Program-made: the position numbers and the translations under genes | In this document: positions 46,487 through 57,700 of the stretch, in pieces | Layout: each line of letters starts with the position of its first letter | How positions within the stretch are numbered: the stretch's first letter is position 1 | Assembly: GCF_036321535.1 (NCBI RefSeq) | Contig: NC_087453.1 | Location: 47,058,001 to 47,122,000, forward strand | DNA: 64,000 nt | Direction: 5' to 3' | Origin: Camelus dromedarius | Lineage: Eukaryota | Notes under the pieces: model-generated | The model's input: the letters and a program-made list of their open reading frames with translations, nothing else | Database searches by the model: none | What the model was told of the DNA's origin: nothing

Positions 46487-46732
46487 CTGCTTGCGGACGC
46501 GCACCACACGCATCACGCGGCTGTGGAAGGCGTCGTTGCTCGCCTTGTTGTACTCGCTGAGGGCGAAGGACAGCGCCTTCTGCACGCCCTCCTCGTTGAC
46601 CTCCGCGTCCATCAGGCCGCCCACCAAGCGGTTCCGTTTGGAGGTCTGCCCGGCCGCGGGGCTCACGGCCAGGGCCAGGGCCAGGGCCAGGGCGGCCAGC
46701 AAGAGCAGCGGGGCGCGCGGGGACTCGGCCAT
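46487..46732 (-). CDS. CST3: Cystatin C exon 1
   Basis: MAESPRAPLLLLAALALALALAVSPAAGQTSKRNRLVGGLMDAEVNEEGVQKALSFALSEYNKASNDAFHSRVMRVVRVRKQ, 82 codons, donor GTACGG. Has RLVGG and the SND legumain-site motif; total 147 aa. Confidence 0.97.
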
Positions 46733-46798
46733 GGTCTCTGGGAGGCAGACGGAGACGCAGCCGAAGGTTGATGGCGAGGACTCCCGGCGCCGCGGCGC

Positions 46799-46805
46799 CT
46801 TTATC
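46799..46805 (-). promoter_or_regulatory. TATA-like element GATAAAG of CST3
   Basis: 67 nt upstream of the ATG and downstream of the GC boxes. Confidence 0.6.
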
Positions 46806-47429
46806 CCGGGGCCGCCCCGCCCCGCTCCCCGCCCCGCCTCCTGCCCCGCCTGCGCAGCCCCGCCCCACCCCGCCCCAGCTCCGCCCCGCTCCGCCCCGCT
46901 CCGCCCCAGCCCCCGCACCCCTTCAGCCCCGCCTCCCCGCCCCGTCCCGCCTCCAGCCCCCCTCCCCACCCCACCCCCACGGCCCCTCTTCCGCGTCACG
47001 ATCCCCACTCGGCGCTCCCCAGCCCGGCTGGCCCTGGCCTCCCGGATGGCAGCCCTCTCCCGGCCGCCCGAAGCTGGTAACCCTGAACTCTGTCTCCTGG
47101 TCTAAAAGGGGCCATCCGCGCCTGGTCTCGTCTAGGCGTCCCCGGAGCAGGGCTGTGGTTTCCGAGGCAGAGGAGGGTCTGCGCCCTGTCCTGGGAACTT
47201 ATTTGCCAAACACCAGTGAACTAACCTTTATTTGGGAAACGCTCATCTGGTTCTCTTTCTCACAACTCTTATTTATTCAACCAGCAAACCTTTCTGGGAC
47301 TTCTCCGAGGGTGGGGGAACGAGGGGCCAGGGCCTCGGGTGGTAGGGACCCCACCCGATGGAGATGTAACGCGAAACTGTGTGTAACTACAGTTTCTAGA
47401 AGACGCGTTTAAGAGGGAAAAAATAATAA

Positions 47430-47655
47430 TAATAAGCGGGTGAAAACAATACTTTTTATTTAACCCAATATATCCAACGTATTATTTCAACACATGCAGG
47501 CAATCGTTAATGGATGTTTCACATTCTTCTGTGTGTACTGTCTTTGGAATCCTGTGTGGGCATTTCACCCTCGGAGCAGGCCCCAGTGCGCACGGCCGTT
47601 TCCAGCCCCACCCCAGACCCGGGGTGGTGCGGCTGCCCCGCCCAGCTCCAGGGCG
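47430..47655. mobile_element. MER3/MER33-like hAT-Charlie DNA transposon remnant
   Basis: tttttatttaacccaatatatccaacgttattatttcaaca...tttcacattctt...gtctttggaatcctgtgtggg. Confidence 0.7.
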
Positions 47656-47899
47656 TGTGGGTGTGGGTGGCAGTCATCAGTAATCACGGTCAAGGAGAGA
47701 CAGGTGCTCTGCTGGAAGTGAAGAGAAGGGTGAAATAGAGACGGTGCCAGTGGACACACAGGGAGGGCAGGGGGGGCCGTGGAGGGGCAGGCCAAAGGGG
47801 CAGGAGGGAGTGGAGGCCAAGGTGGTGGGCTGCTCTTGCCTCTCCCTGGGGGAGCCACACCCCTGGCTCCAGTCCGCTGTCTACTGCTTGGAAAACTAC

Positions 47900-48200
47900 C
47901 TTTATTTTTAAAAATCAACTTGAATGAGGTGTGATGTTCATACAATAAAATGCCTCATTTTATGTGTCCAGACGGCGGACGTTTAGCAAATACACACACC
48001 AGTATTCCTGCCCTGCCAAGGTCGAGAGCATTTCCCGTGCCCGCAGAGCTTCCTTCTGCACCCACCTCTGCTCCAGGCCGTGCAGCGGCCTGTTCCCCTG
48101 GACCTGGGTTCGGCCTGTTTTTGAACATCCTGCCAAAGGTGTGTGTCTGGCGCTGGACATCATTTTTGAGCTTCCCCCTTGTTGTGTCCACCTGGTTGTT
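47900..48200 (-). mobile_element. Old L1M 3' fragment
   Basis: aaaaatcaacttgaatgaggtgtgatgttcatacaataaaatgc...gagagcatttcc. Confidence 0.6.
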
Positions 48201-48589
48201 GTTCTCTTTGTCCCAGGACCGAGAGGTCATGGTCAGCTGAGTGTTGTGGGGGCTGACACACCCTCCAGCCCAGGACAGTGTGGGTCGGGGCTCGAGTGTG
48301 GCCCCAGGGTGGCGGGGAAGGCTGTCTGAGATGGTCCTCTTACCTGCCCCTTTTGTGCCAAGGGGCCCCGTGACCAATGGTTGACCTCTGGAGATGGTGC
48401 AGAGTCACCAGGAGGCCTCCGGGCCCCTCAGAGCGAAACCAGAGGAACATTCCTGGGGGTGGCCAAGGCGATGGTCAGTCAGCATCCATCCAGACCCGCG
48501 GTGGCCTTGGGGCTGGAGCGGCAGGGACCTGGCCCCGAATCCAGAACAATATTAACAATGACGATTCACGCTCAGTATTTCTGAGACCC

Positions 48590-48995
48590 TGTTGCCCAAG
48601 GCCCAGTTATAACTGTAGGGCTGGAAATACATTCCCTGCCCCCTTCTAGGTTCTTTGGCTGTCTAATAATTAAATTGCCATGAGACAGATTAACAGGAGA
48701 AAGATCAATTAACTCTGTACTTACAGGCGCCCCACAGAAATGCGACACGGAGGCCGTCAGGCAGTTGAAGCTTATATACCATCCTGAGCTCAGGAAAGGA
48801 ATGGGGGTGGGGGCTTCCGTGGGGGGTGGGGTGCGACCCACAGGAAGATGGGAGAGCAGCTGCGGGGGGCTGAGATTCGGGCTGGTGTAGACACTCCTCC
48901 AGGCAGTTAGGAGGTGAGAGGTTTTTCTGAGCCCGCTGGGTCCTGACGGCCTGCAGCTCCAAATAACCCCCACACCAAAGTGGCACACTTAGGGG
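48590..48995 (-). mobile_element. ERV1 LTR remnant (MER34-like)
   Basis: aattaaattgccatgagacagattaacaggagaaag...ccaaagtggcacacttagggg. Confidence 0.55.
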
Positions 48996-50874
48996 CCGTG
49001 TCCTCTGCCCCCCTCCTCCGTCTCTCCCTGCTGCGAGTCCGGAGCCTCTAGAAAGGTCTCGCGCCCACCGTGCGTGCAGGTGCAGCAGGGCTGCACTCGC
49101 AGGACAGTGGGGGAGAGGAGGCCGTCCGAGCTCTCTCAGCGACTTAGAAGACAGGAGATCCACGGAGCTGGGAGAGGGCGGCTGTCCCCCGCCCCCCACC
49201 CTGGCACTTCTGAGCAGCATGAGTGTCTCTGAAGAGCAGAAACTGGTCCTTCCCCGAGTTTCTGCGACATGCTGGGCAGCTCAGGAGGGTGCCGTGCAGA
49301 GACGGACCCGGTCCTCCATCTGTGTCGGTGAAAAGAGATGGGGGCCCAGACAGCCAGAGCCGGCGGTGAGTGTGTTGGGGTGGCCTGAGTGGCGACACGT
49401 TGATCACACAGTGAGGAGAGGGGAGCATCTTGATACAGCGACATCTCTGATCACAGCCTAGGGTGCCCACCTGCAGCGCAGTCTGCTAAGGCTGGACGTC
49501 TGCTCCCGCTGTTTGGGTGACCTTGGCAAACACCACCCACCTGGCGAGGCGGCCACTCTGTTAACCATAGTGTCAGCAGTCAGAACCCCAGGGATGGGCA
49601 GGCTTCAGTGGGACCGGTAAATACAGTTTAAAATGATGGAGCAGCCACGTCCTGAGGCTCCCGGGACAAGCTAGCAGGAACCCAGAGGGAGACAGTGAAC
49701 TCCAGACCAGGGCGGGCTTGGGCACCCACACACCTTGAGCTGTGCGGAGGGAGGGGCAGGTCTGCCCAGGAGGGAGCAGGGCGAGGGCTGTGTGTGTGAC
49801 TACTGATCTCATGATCCAAATTAGTTGAGTGAGAAATTGAGGGAGGGAGTGACAGTGGTGCTCGGAAATAAACAATGCTAGGTGGATATTAAGTAAGACT
49901 TCAGTAAACACATGACCAAGCGCATAAAACATCCCCCAGGGTGGTAAGTGGTCACATCAGGTGGCCAAGAGTTGAGATTCTTGGAGCAAGGAAACCTCGG
50001 TGTCCACAAAGATGGCTTAGACTGACTGAGCAGGTCACAGGTCTCCTGGCGTCTTAGCACGGAAAGCTTGGGAACCTCTCTGATGGGGGCAGGGGTTGGT
50101 TCGCAGGGTTGAGCCCTGAGGTCCCTTACGCACACCTTCCCTGCTCCCCTCCCAGCACCGGGCTCAGGGAGCACCGGGGGTGCTTGAAACGGCCCTCAGC
50201 GCTCTGTGCAGCAAGTTTCCACTTATCCTCTGGAACAGCACAGATACCAAGCGGCTCCAGTGTCGGGGTCTGGGGACAGGGAGAGGGCATCCAGGGATGG
50301 GGCGGCTGTGCAGTGCCCCTGCCCCGGCCCGGGCCTCAGCCTCGGCCGCAAGGAAAGCAGGGCGGCTCTAGGTCGGGTTGAGCAATCCCCTTGCTACCTC
50401 AGGGCGCTCAGAGTTTCCTGTCAAAGTCGGCCATGCGGTCAGTGTTCCGCCTTCCAGCGCTGCGTGTGCAGCCTTGAGTCCTTGTTCCTGCAGCTGTCTG
50501 AGCGGGCTGCAGGTTAAGGAGGCTCCTGCAGGCGGGGGCTCCTGACCCCTCCGACCAGGATCAGAGGACAAGCGTCAGAATAATATTTCTTTAACACGAG
50601 AGGCCACCAGCCAGTGCTCTGCCCCAGGTTTTGCCTGGCACCTGGGAGAAGGGGGCGGGGGCAGAGAAAGGGGGAGGGCAGACAGAGAGAGGCGGGGGGG
50701 GGCAGGGGGCGCGTAGCCCCTGATGTTGTCATGGAACTTCTCAAACAGGCACCCAAGTTAGAAGGGTTTTACCGGGAACACCTGCACACTCGCCACCTCG
50801 GTCCCTCCGTCAGTCCTGCGCTGTGCTTGCCCCAGCACGTGTCTGTCCGTCAGTCCATATTTTAATGGCTGCCT

Positions 50875-51400
50875 TTTTTTTTAGTTTTCTTTTTACTGAA
50901 ATATAGTTGATATCAATATTACATAAGTTACAGGTGCACAATACAGCAATTCATAATTTTTAAGGGTTCTGCTCCGTTTATAGTCATTATACAATACTGG
51001 CTATGTTCCCTGTTTTGACGCATTTCGAAGCTGTTGGCATCAATACCCTTCACCCCAAAACACTTAACACGTGCAGGGCTTAACTAGAGCTCGATGTTTA
51101 TTTACAGCTTTTTCATTTTTTGTAAAACTTACCTCCAGTGACATGCACAACCCTTGAGCACACGTTTCACTAGATTTGGACGGATGCAGGAAACCCAAAC
51201 CCTGTCAGCTACAAATGTGGCCGTCACCTCACTCTGACCCTCATCCCCTTCCCCATCACTTGGGTGCTGACCCCCAGAGATAACGCTTCACTGATTTTTT
51301 AAAAATATAGATTAGTTTTGTCTATTCCAGAATTTCATTGAGTGGAATTCCACAGCGGGCAGACGGCTCGGAGTGGCCTTTTTCACCTGGCTTGAGACTC
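50875..51400 (-). mobile_element. Cluster of L1 3' fragments
   Basis: ttttactgaaatatagttgat...caggtgcacaatacagcaattc...gctatgttccctg, and cagagataacgct...attagttttgtctattccagaatttcat...ggaattccacag. Confidence 0.65.
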
Positions 51401-51819
51401 CCTCTCATGCTTCCGCTGTGTGCCTGCAAGTCAGCCTCCGCCCACACAGGAGCCCCTCCAGAGGGGTGTCGGGGGTGGCGGGGGTCCTCAGGCTCCGGAG
51501 AGCAGGTGCGCCTGCCTGATGAGGACACCGCTGGGCACTCAGAACGTTCGCAGCTGCTTCTCTTTTTGACCTGAAGCAACTTCCTCTCCTTCCCTCCCTC
51601 TCCCCCCTCAACCTCCTTCCCTCCCGCTCCCCATCCCCAAAGCCAGTTTTAACTTTTGAAAAAAAAGATGTCACCATCAGTACAGGAAAACTGGATTTTA
51701 AGAGGTTACTAATGCTTTGAAAATAAAAGTTACTGTCTTTTAAAATATCAAATTAGTACAATATGTTCATTATAAAAACAAAGAAGAAAACAAAGACAAG
51801 CATAAAGGCGGTAGGTCAC

Positions 51820-51945
51820 GTGTGTGCCCGTGGCGGAGGGTGTGCCCGTGGCAGGGTGTGTGCCTGTGGTAGGAGTGTGGGCCCGTGGCGGGGTGTGTGC
51901 CCGTGACGAGGGTGTGCCCGTGACAGCGTGTGTGCCTGTGTGTGC
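51820..51945. repeat. 16-19-bp minisatellite (about 7 units, GTGTGCCCGTG(G/A)C core)
   Basis: gtgtgcccgtggcggagg gtgtgcccgtggcagg gtgtgtgcctgtggtagga ... Confidence 0.85.
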
Positions 51946-53309
51946 GTGAGCGCTGGGGGGTGCTGCTTCCCTCCGGAGCCCAGGGGCAACTGTCCCTCCT
52001 GCCACTGTTCTCGCTGGCCTCGGGCTGTGAAGGTCTCACACGGTGTTGACAGCCTTGGAGAGGTCTGTCCTGCTCCCTAGCCAACTTGCTATTCCATAGT
52101 TTAATTTTTCTGAAATGCTAGTCATTTAAACTGTTCCCAGTTTGTTTTTTCTGCAGTGAGTAACACTGTGATACACGCTATGCTGGGGGGAAAAGTCTCC
52201 GTGCGTATTTTGGATGATTTTCTTCCTAGAACTGGAATTTTGGGGTCAGAAGCTACAAAGATTTTTTTGGATGCAGATTGCCAGATTGTTTTCTGGAAAA
52301 CAACACCTGACCCAGTCAGGCACCAGCAGGGGCCGGAGCAGCGCGTTGTGCATAGTTTCTTCTGCGGGTAGGCGAGGTGCAGCCCTGCTCGGCGCTGCTT
52401 CGCCAGCCGGGCCCGGTGCTGCCCGCCCCGCCCTGGCTCGGCCTTGCGCGGCTCCTCCCCCGTGAACCACGTTAACAGTTCTGCGTCTGCCCTGCTTACT
52501 CACTCGTGCATTTGGTGAGCATCCATGGAACACAGGACGCGAGGTGCTGGCTTTAAAGACGGACTAGCTCAGCTGCTGCCCTCCAGAAGTCTTGGCCTGG
52601 TGAGGACAAGACACAGAAAAAGGCATTTCAACAGAGCGTGATGTGACTGTCACAGATGAGGGAAGGCCCGGAGGCGGTGCTCCCCGCCCCGGACAGGAAG
52701 CCTGGCAGTGGCTGCTCCCGCTCTGCTGGGCGAGGTGCGAAGAGACCCCTGTCCGGCCTCCCCCGCCCGTCCTGCCCGGCCCAGCCGGCCCCCGGGCCTC
52801 CAGCACCCTGAGCACCGTCCCCCGGACGCCCCGTCCACACTCACGGCTCCGATACCCACCAAGCCCACGACCCCCCCCCCGGTGTCTCAGCACCGACCTC
52901 TACCCCGCGTGACAGTGTGACTCACACAGGGACGCCTGCCTTTGAAGTTCGCGTTACGCCACCTCGCTTTTACCGAAGGCCTACGCTAGGACCTGCTTTC
53001 ACGGACGGAAAGAAAGCCAAAGAGGATTTCCGCTGCTGCACAAAAGGCGAAAGGTGAAAATCGCACTGGTGTTTGTCTTCAGCGAGCCTTTACGGGGGCG
53101 GCGGGTGGTCCCGCAACCCCTTCTGCAGGAACCACATGGGGCGCCCCGCCGCTGGAGCCGTGGCCAGAGCCGTGGGCACCTGGGCTCTACCTCCGTTTCC
53201 TCTGCGTGTCTGTCGGCCAGGTGCACCCTAAGGCCCCTGCTTCTTCGCTGCTCGCCACTTCCTATATGGAAGTTTCCTAGCAAGGCTCTGCTTCCGGATA
53301 GCAGGGAAA

Positions 53310-54035
53310 ACCTGTAACAAGAAATATACTTGGTCTTTGTCCCCATTCCTGGCACTGCGCCTAAAACGTGCGATTTCTGAAGTTACGTGACAGCCATAAA
53401 GGTGTCTTTCGTTACATAGTGAGGAGACTTTTGGACCCCACCCAGGACTGGGGCTGGGTTCCAGGGGGGCCCAACCATGCGGTTAGGGGGTTGGAAATTT
53501 CAGTCTCCCTCCCCCGACCCCTGGGGAGGGGAGAGGGGCTGGAGGCTGAATCAGTCTCCGATGGCCCAGGATTTCATCGATCAGACCTTTGCAATAAAGC
53601 TTCCATAAAAACCCCAAAGGACGGGGTTGCACGAGCTTGCGGGTTGGTGCACGGGTGGAGATCTGGGGCGAGCTCACACCTTCCCCTCCCCCTGCCCGGC
53701 GCACCTCTTCACCTGGCTGCTCCTGAGTCCTACCCGTTTATAACGAACTGGTGATCTAGGAAGTAAACTGCTTCTCTGAGTCCCGCGAGCCGCTCAAGCA
53801 CATGGATCGAACCTGAGGAGGGTCACGGGACGCTCCCGTCTACAGTCGGAAGCACAGGGCGTCTGAAGTGGGGTGAGGGGCCCAGACGGTGCGACTGGCT
53901 TAATCCGGGGTCTGACGTCACCTCCACGTAGATGGTGTCAGGATTGAGTTGAATTGTAGGACACTCAGCTGGTGTCACAGTGTTGAGCGAGGTCTGGGGA
54001 GAAGCCCACACGTCTGAATTGGTGACCAGAAGCAG
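53310..54035 (+). mobile_element. MER21-like LTR
   Basis: gaaatatacttggtctttgtccccattcctggcac...cttctctgagtcccgcgagccgctcaagcaca..gatcgaacctgagg...gttgaattgtaggacactcagctggtgtc. Confidence 0.75.
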
Positions 54036-54232
54036 TAACTGGCACCTGAGTCCTCCCTCCCAGTCTAGCTGATTGCCTTTCCACCTGGGGGTCCAGGACC
54101 CCCTATGCTGCCCTCTCCCTGCTGTGCTCAGAGTTCCCCATTTCAGTCGGGGCTGTGACCTCGGGGTCACCCTCTCAGTGACACCTTCCCCGATCTCACT
54201 CTTTAAAATTGTGACCCTCTTCTCCACCTGTC

Positions 54233-54742
54233 TGTCATGAATACAGATTATTGCCTGCACGTCAGTGAACCGAGGACATTGCAGCCTTCAGCCGTCCGAC
54301 CATCAGTCACTACGGCCGCCCCCAACGGCCAGCTGGACAGAGCAGGAAGGAGACGGCGGCAGCCCGGCCTCTGTCACCACAGCCAGTGGTGCCCCCAAGG
54401 AGACGCAGGCCGGGGAAGAGCAGGACAGCGGCCCTGGAGAGCCGAGGGGCATGTCAAAGGAGTGATCTCAGTGAGCCCAGACCGTGCGCCTCCCAGACAC
54501 AGGAAGCGCTAAGCTCCTTAGCGTGAGGCGTCTGGTTTTCCTTAATTAACAGTCATCCTTTGATGTTCTGACTGCCTGGTCTTTGTTGCAAAAACCCCTA
54601 TATCCTGGCTCCTCCCCTGCCTCTCGGGAGCCGCCCCTCAGCGAGACATGAGAGGCCTCTTCCCCGGCTGGGGGTCCTCACGAGTCCACCGAATGAAACG
54701 TAACTCTCAGCTTTGAGGTTGTGCTTTTTCTTTCCATTGGCA
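54233..54742 (+). mobile_element. Solo LTR (cetartiodactyl ERV type)
   Basis: TGtcatgaa...gatctcagtgagcccagac...ttaattaacagtcatcctttgatgttctgactgcctggtctttgttgcaaaaacccctatatcctggctcctcccc...ttggCA. Possible 5-bp TSD ctgtc/ccgtc with one mismatch. Confidence 0.8.
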
Positions 54743-57700
54743 CCGTCCTCCTCTCCTGGATCATTTTCCCCATCACTCCTTCTGATGTCTGCGTCCATAA
54801 TTTCCTTCTTCTCTGCCTCTCCCCACCAGAGTTACAGGCTTGGGGTTTTGGTCTGATCGCAGCCACCCCCGCACACACCAGGTGTCGCTAAGCGTTGCCT
54901 GAATTAGTGAAAGAACTAGGTTAGCGCTCACAGACTCCACCTAATTGTTTTTGTGAAGATGCCGTCACCGTGCCTCCCGTTGCAGCTCAAGCCTTTCGGA
55001 GGGGAGTTAATTACTTCAGTAAGACGGGGAAGGGAGAGCCCCGCGCGGACTTGCAGAAGGAGAAGTGGGATTGGAAAGAGCGCACACTAGCGCTGCTTTT
55101 CCTGCCTCACAAGTGACAGGAAGTGAAAAGGCTCCAGAGCACTGGGCCTCCCACGACCGCAGGCAGACACGGTTACCTCCAAGTCGAGTCTGAGCGTGCC
55201 AGTGGGGAACGGCTGCTGGTTAACGTGCACCCCTTTCTCCCTGGGGTCTCACCTCCCCAGAAGCACGTTTCCTGCACCCGCGGGCTTTGTGACAATGAAC
55301 CTGCTCCTCGTGGGGCTGTTCCTGCTCGGCCCGCAGCTGGGGTCGGAGGCCCCAGGCGGACGGGCGCTGGCGGGGACGGTGACCTAGAGAGGAACGGGCA
55401 CCCCATGCGCAGTCACCAGTGGCCGACTTGTCCAAGAAGAGGGAGTTCTTGCAAAGAGGGTCAGCCCGGTCCCCCCTGGCCCGGGGCTCTGGGAGGGGGA
55501 CAGCCGTGGGGTCCAAGCCCCCTGGGCCACCGCGGGGCCAGCACAGTCACAGCCCCAGCAGCACGTCCACACGCCCACGTGTGGGGCCCTGGGTCAGCCT
55601 GCAAGGTTGTAGGGGGTGGGCGGTACAGCCCAGGGCTGTGTGGGGAGGCGGGGGACAGGCCAACAACAGCAAACAAAAAACCACAGCACAGAAGCGAAAC
55701 ACAGAGCTGGATTCCGGAGGAGACCATCCTTCTAACACGGACGTCCAGGGCCTTCCTCTGCTTCGGGTTAGCTGGCGGGGGTTGAGAGAAAAATAAAACA
55801 AACAAGAGAAGTGAAAGGTTTCCTTTTGCCCTCGTGACCCCTTCTCCTCCTCTCTTCATGCCAATGGCAGGGTCGCCCCTGCGGTGCATTCCTGCTGCCT
55901 GAGGAACAGGCGGCTCCTCGCACACCCAGGTGCAACGCGGCCGCGGCCTGGCGCCGTCACAGAGGCTGCGAGGGGAGGGGGTGCGGCCCAGGCGGCCACT
56001 GTCCTTTCCTCTGAGCCGCACACGAGGCCCCGGGCCCGAGACGCATTAGGAAGCCCCTTCCTGAGGTCTGAGGATCCCTGCAAATGCCACTCATCGTGAC
56101 ACCTTTTGCTTCAACCATCAGTCTGAGTCCACAGGCCTTAAAGGTGCCAGCTGGCGGCTGGAGGTGGGTCACGACAGTGGATTGAGTTTAGAAGCCGGTG
56201 CTATGCCTGAAAGCGCATGGAACTGATTTGAAACGTGTGTATTTAAAACGAACTGGTGGCTCCTTGTGTCAGGAAGAGGCCCTCGGAGGAGCCCTCGGAG
56301 GAGAGGGCCCGATGCTGACTGTCCGGGACAGCCCAAGGCAGCCACTGCCCACCCAGGCCCAGCTGGCCCGAGGGCAGGGAGCACCTGACCTGGGGGACCA
56401 GCCTCAGGCCTCCTCCTTTCCTCCCGCCCCTCCCACCCCACCCACCCCACCCCATTCTCTGCCATCCATGATTTCAGAGTGGGCAGAGCTGTCCCCAGAC
56501 CCCACTCTGAGGCCCAGGGGTCCCCTATGGGGTCAGGACTAGGGGAGGTGGCACCCAGCCTGCCTGAGGGGACACCCCGAGAGCCATGTCTCCAGGGAGG
56601 GTCCCTCGGGGTCAGGCCAGCAGTCCTCACCCTGCCCCACAGCAGAGCCGTGGGTGTGCTGTTTGGTGTGGGAACCACCCGGGGCAGAGGCCCAAGTGTC
56701 CACAGTTTCCAGTCTCCCCAGGTGGTTCCAGACCAAGGCACTGGGTAGCCTGAAGGTCAGACAGGTGCTGGGGGAGCCGGGAGCTAATCCTGCTGGGTCT
56801 GAGATCAGATGAGCTCCCGCAGTCAAGGCCGAGGAGCTCCAGCGCCGTCTCTCTGAGACGCCTGCCCGGGCGCACAGAGGACTTGCCTAGGAGGCCGCAG
56901 GCCCTTGGGCCACGGCGGAGTGGGCCCAGGGGCCACATGGAGCTCCACTGAAGTTTCCAGGTCAGACAGTCCGGGGGTGTAGTGACGGTGCACATACCCA
57001 CATCCCACCACTGGTTTTCATTTTCATGTGAAGCACCACTCGCTAATCTTGGCTGCAAGTCCTGCCAAAATCACACACAGCCTGACTCACGAGACCACTT
57101 CCCAGAGGGGTGGCCACGGGCACGGCCTGGGGACAAACGCTGTGTGGTGGCTGCTGTCTCCGCGGAGAAGCTTCACACTCAGCAGATCTCACTTGTAATT
57201 TGCGAGCTGAGGTCCTCGTCCTGGTCCTTCAGCCGAGTGAGGGTCCAAGGGCCTTGGGGTGACATGAGGCCAGAGGTCTGTGGCAGGAGGCCATCCTGAG
57301 AATACGTGGTTTTCTTCCCCAAACTGTCACCACGGTGCCTAGGAACATAAGTCCCTCTGCCCCAGGCTCCGAGGGCAGTGCGGGGGGGGGGGAGGTGGCA
57401 GGCACGGGGGACAAGAAGGGGCAAGAACGCACCACGCTCCTGGAGCCTCGCCTGGCGTGTGGGCACGAGAGGTCAGGATGTCCCCACACCCACTCACTCA
57501 GAAAGGGGTTGGGGGCCAAGCGTGTGTCTTCTCTGTGGACGAGGGAAGAGGGCTGGTGGGAGACCACAGGGCCTGGAAAATGATGGCTGGGGCCCATGGG
57601 GACCAGGAGGGGTGACAGGTGAGGCTGGGGCCCACAGGCGCAGTCTGGGACGGAAGCTGGAGGGGAGCCCCGGGTCCTCTGCCAAGCGGGGTGGGATCCC

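Larger units (their letters stand above)
45990..47130. promoter_or_regulatory. CpG island over the CST3 promoter and exon 1, with multiple GC boxes
   Basis: Very high GC and CpG density; repeated ccccgccc at 46815-46960. Confidence 0.85.

Noticed and set aside
51820-51945. Short repeat arrays as CRISPR-like structures
   Set aside because: Eukaryotic DNA with head-to-tail units and no unique spacers; ordinary minisatellites.
53913-53920. Second perfect CRE (TGACGTCA)
   Set aside because: Lies inside a MER21-like LTR, 7 kb from any gene; no evidence of function.
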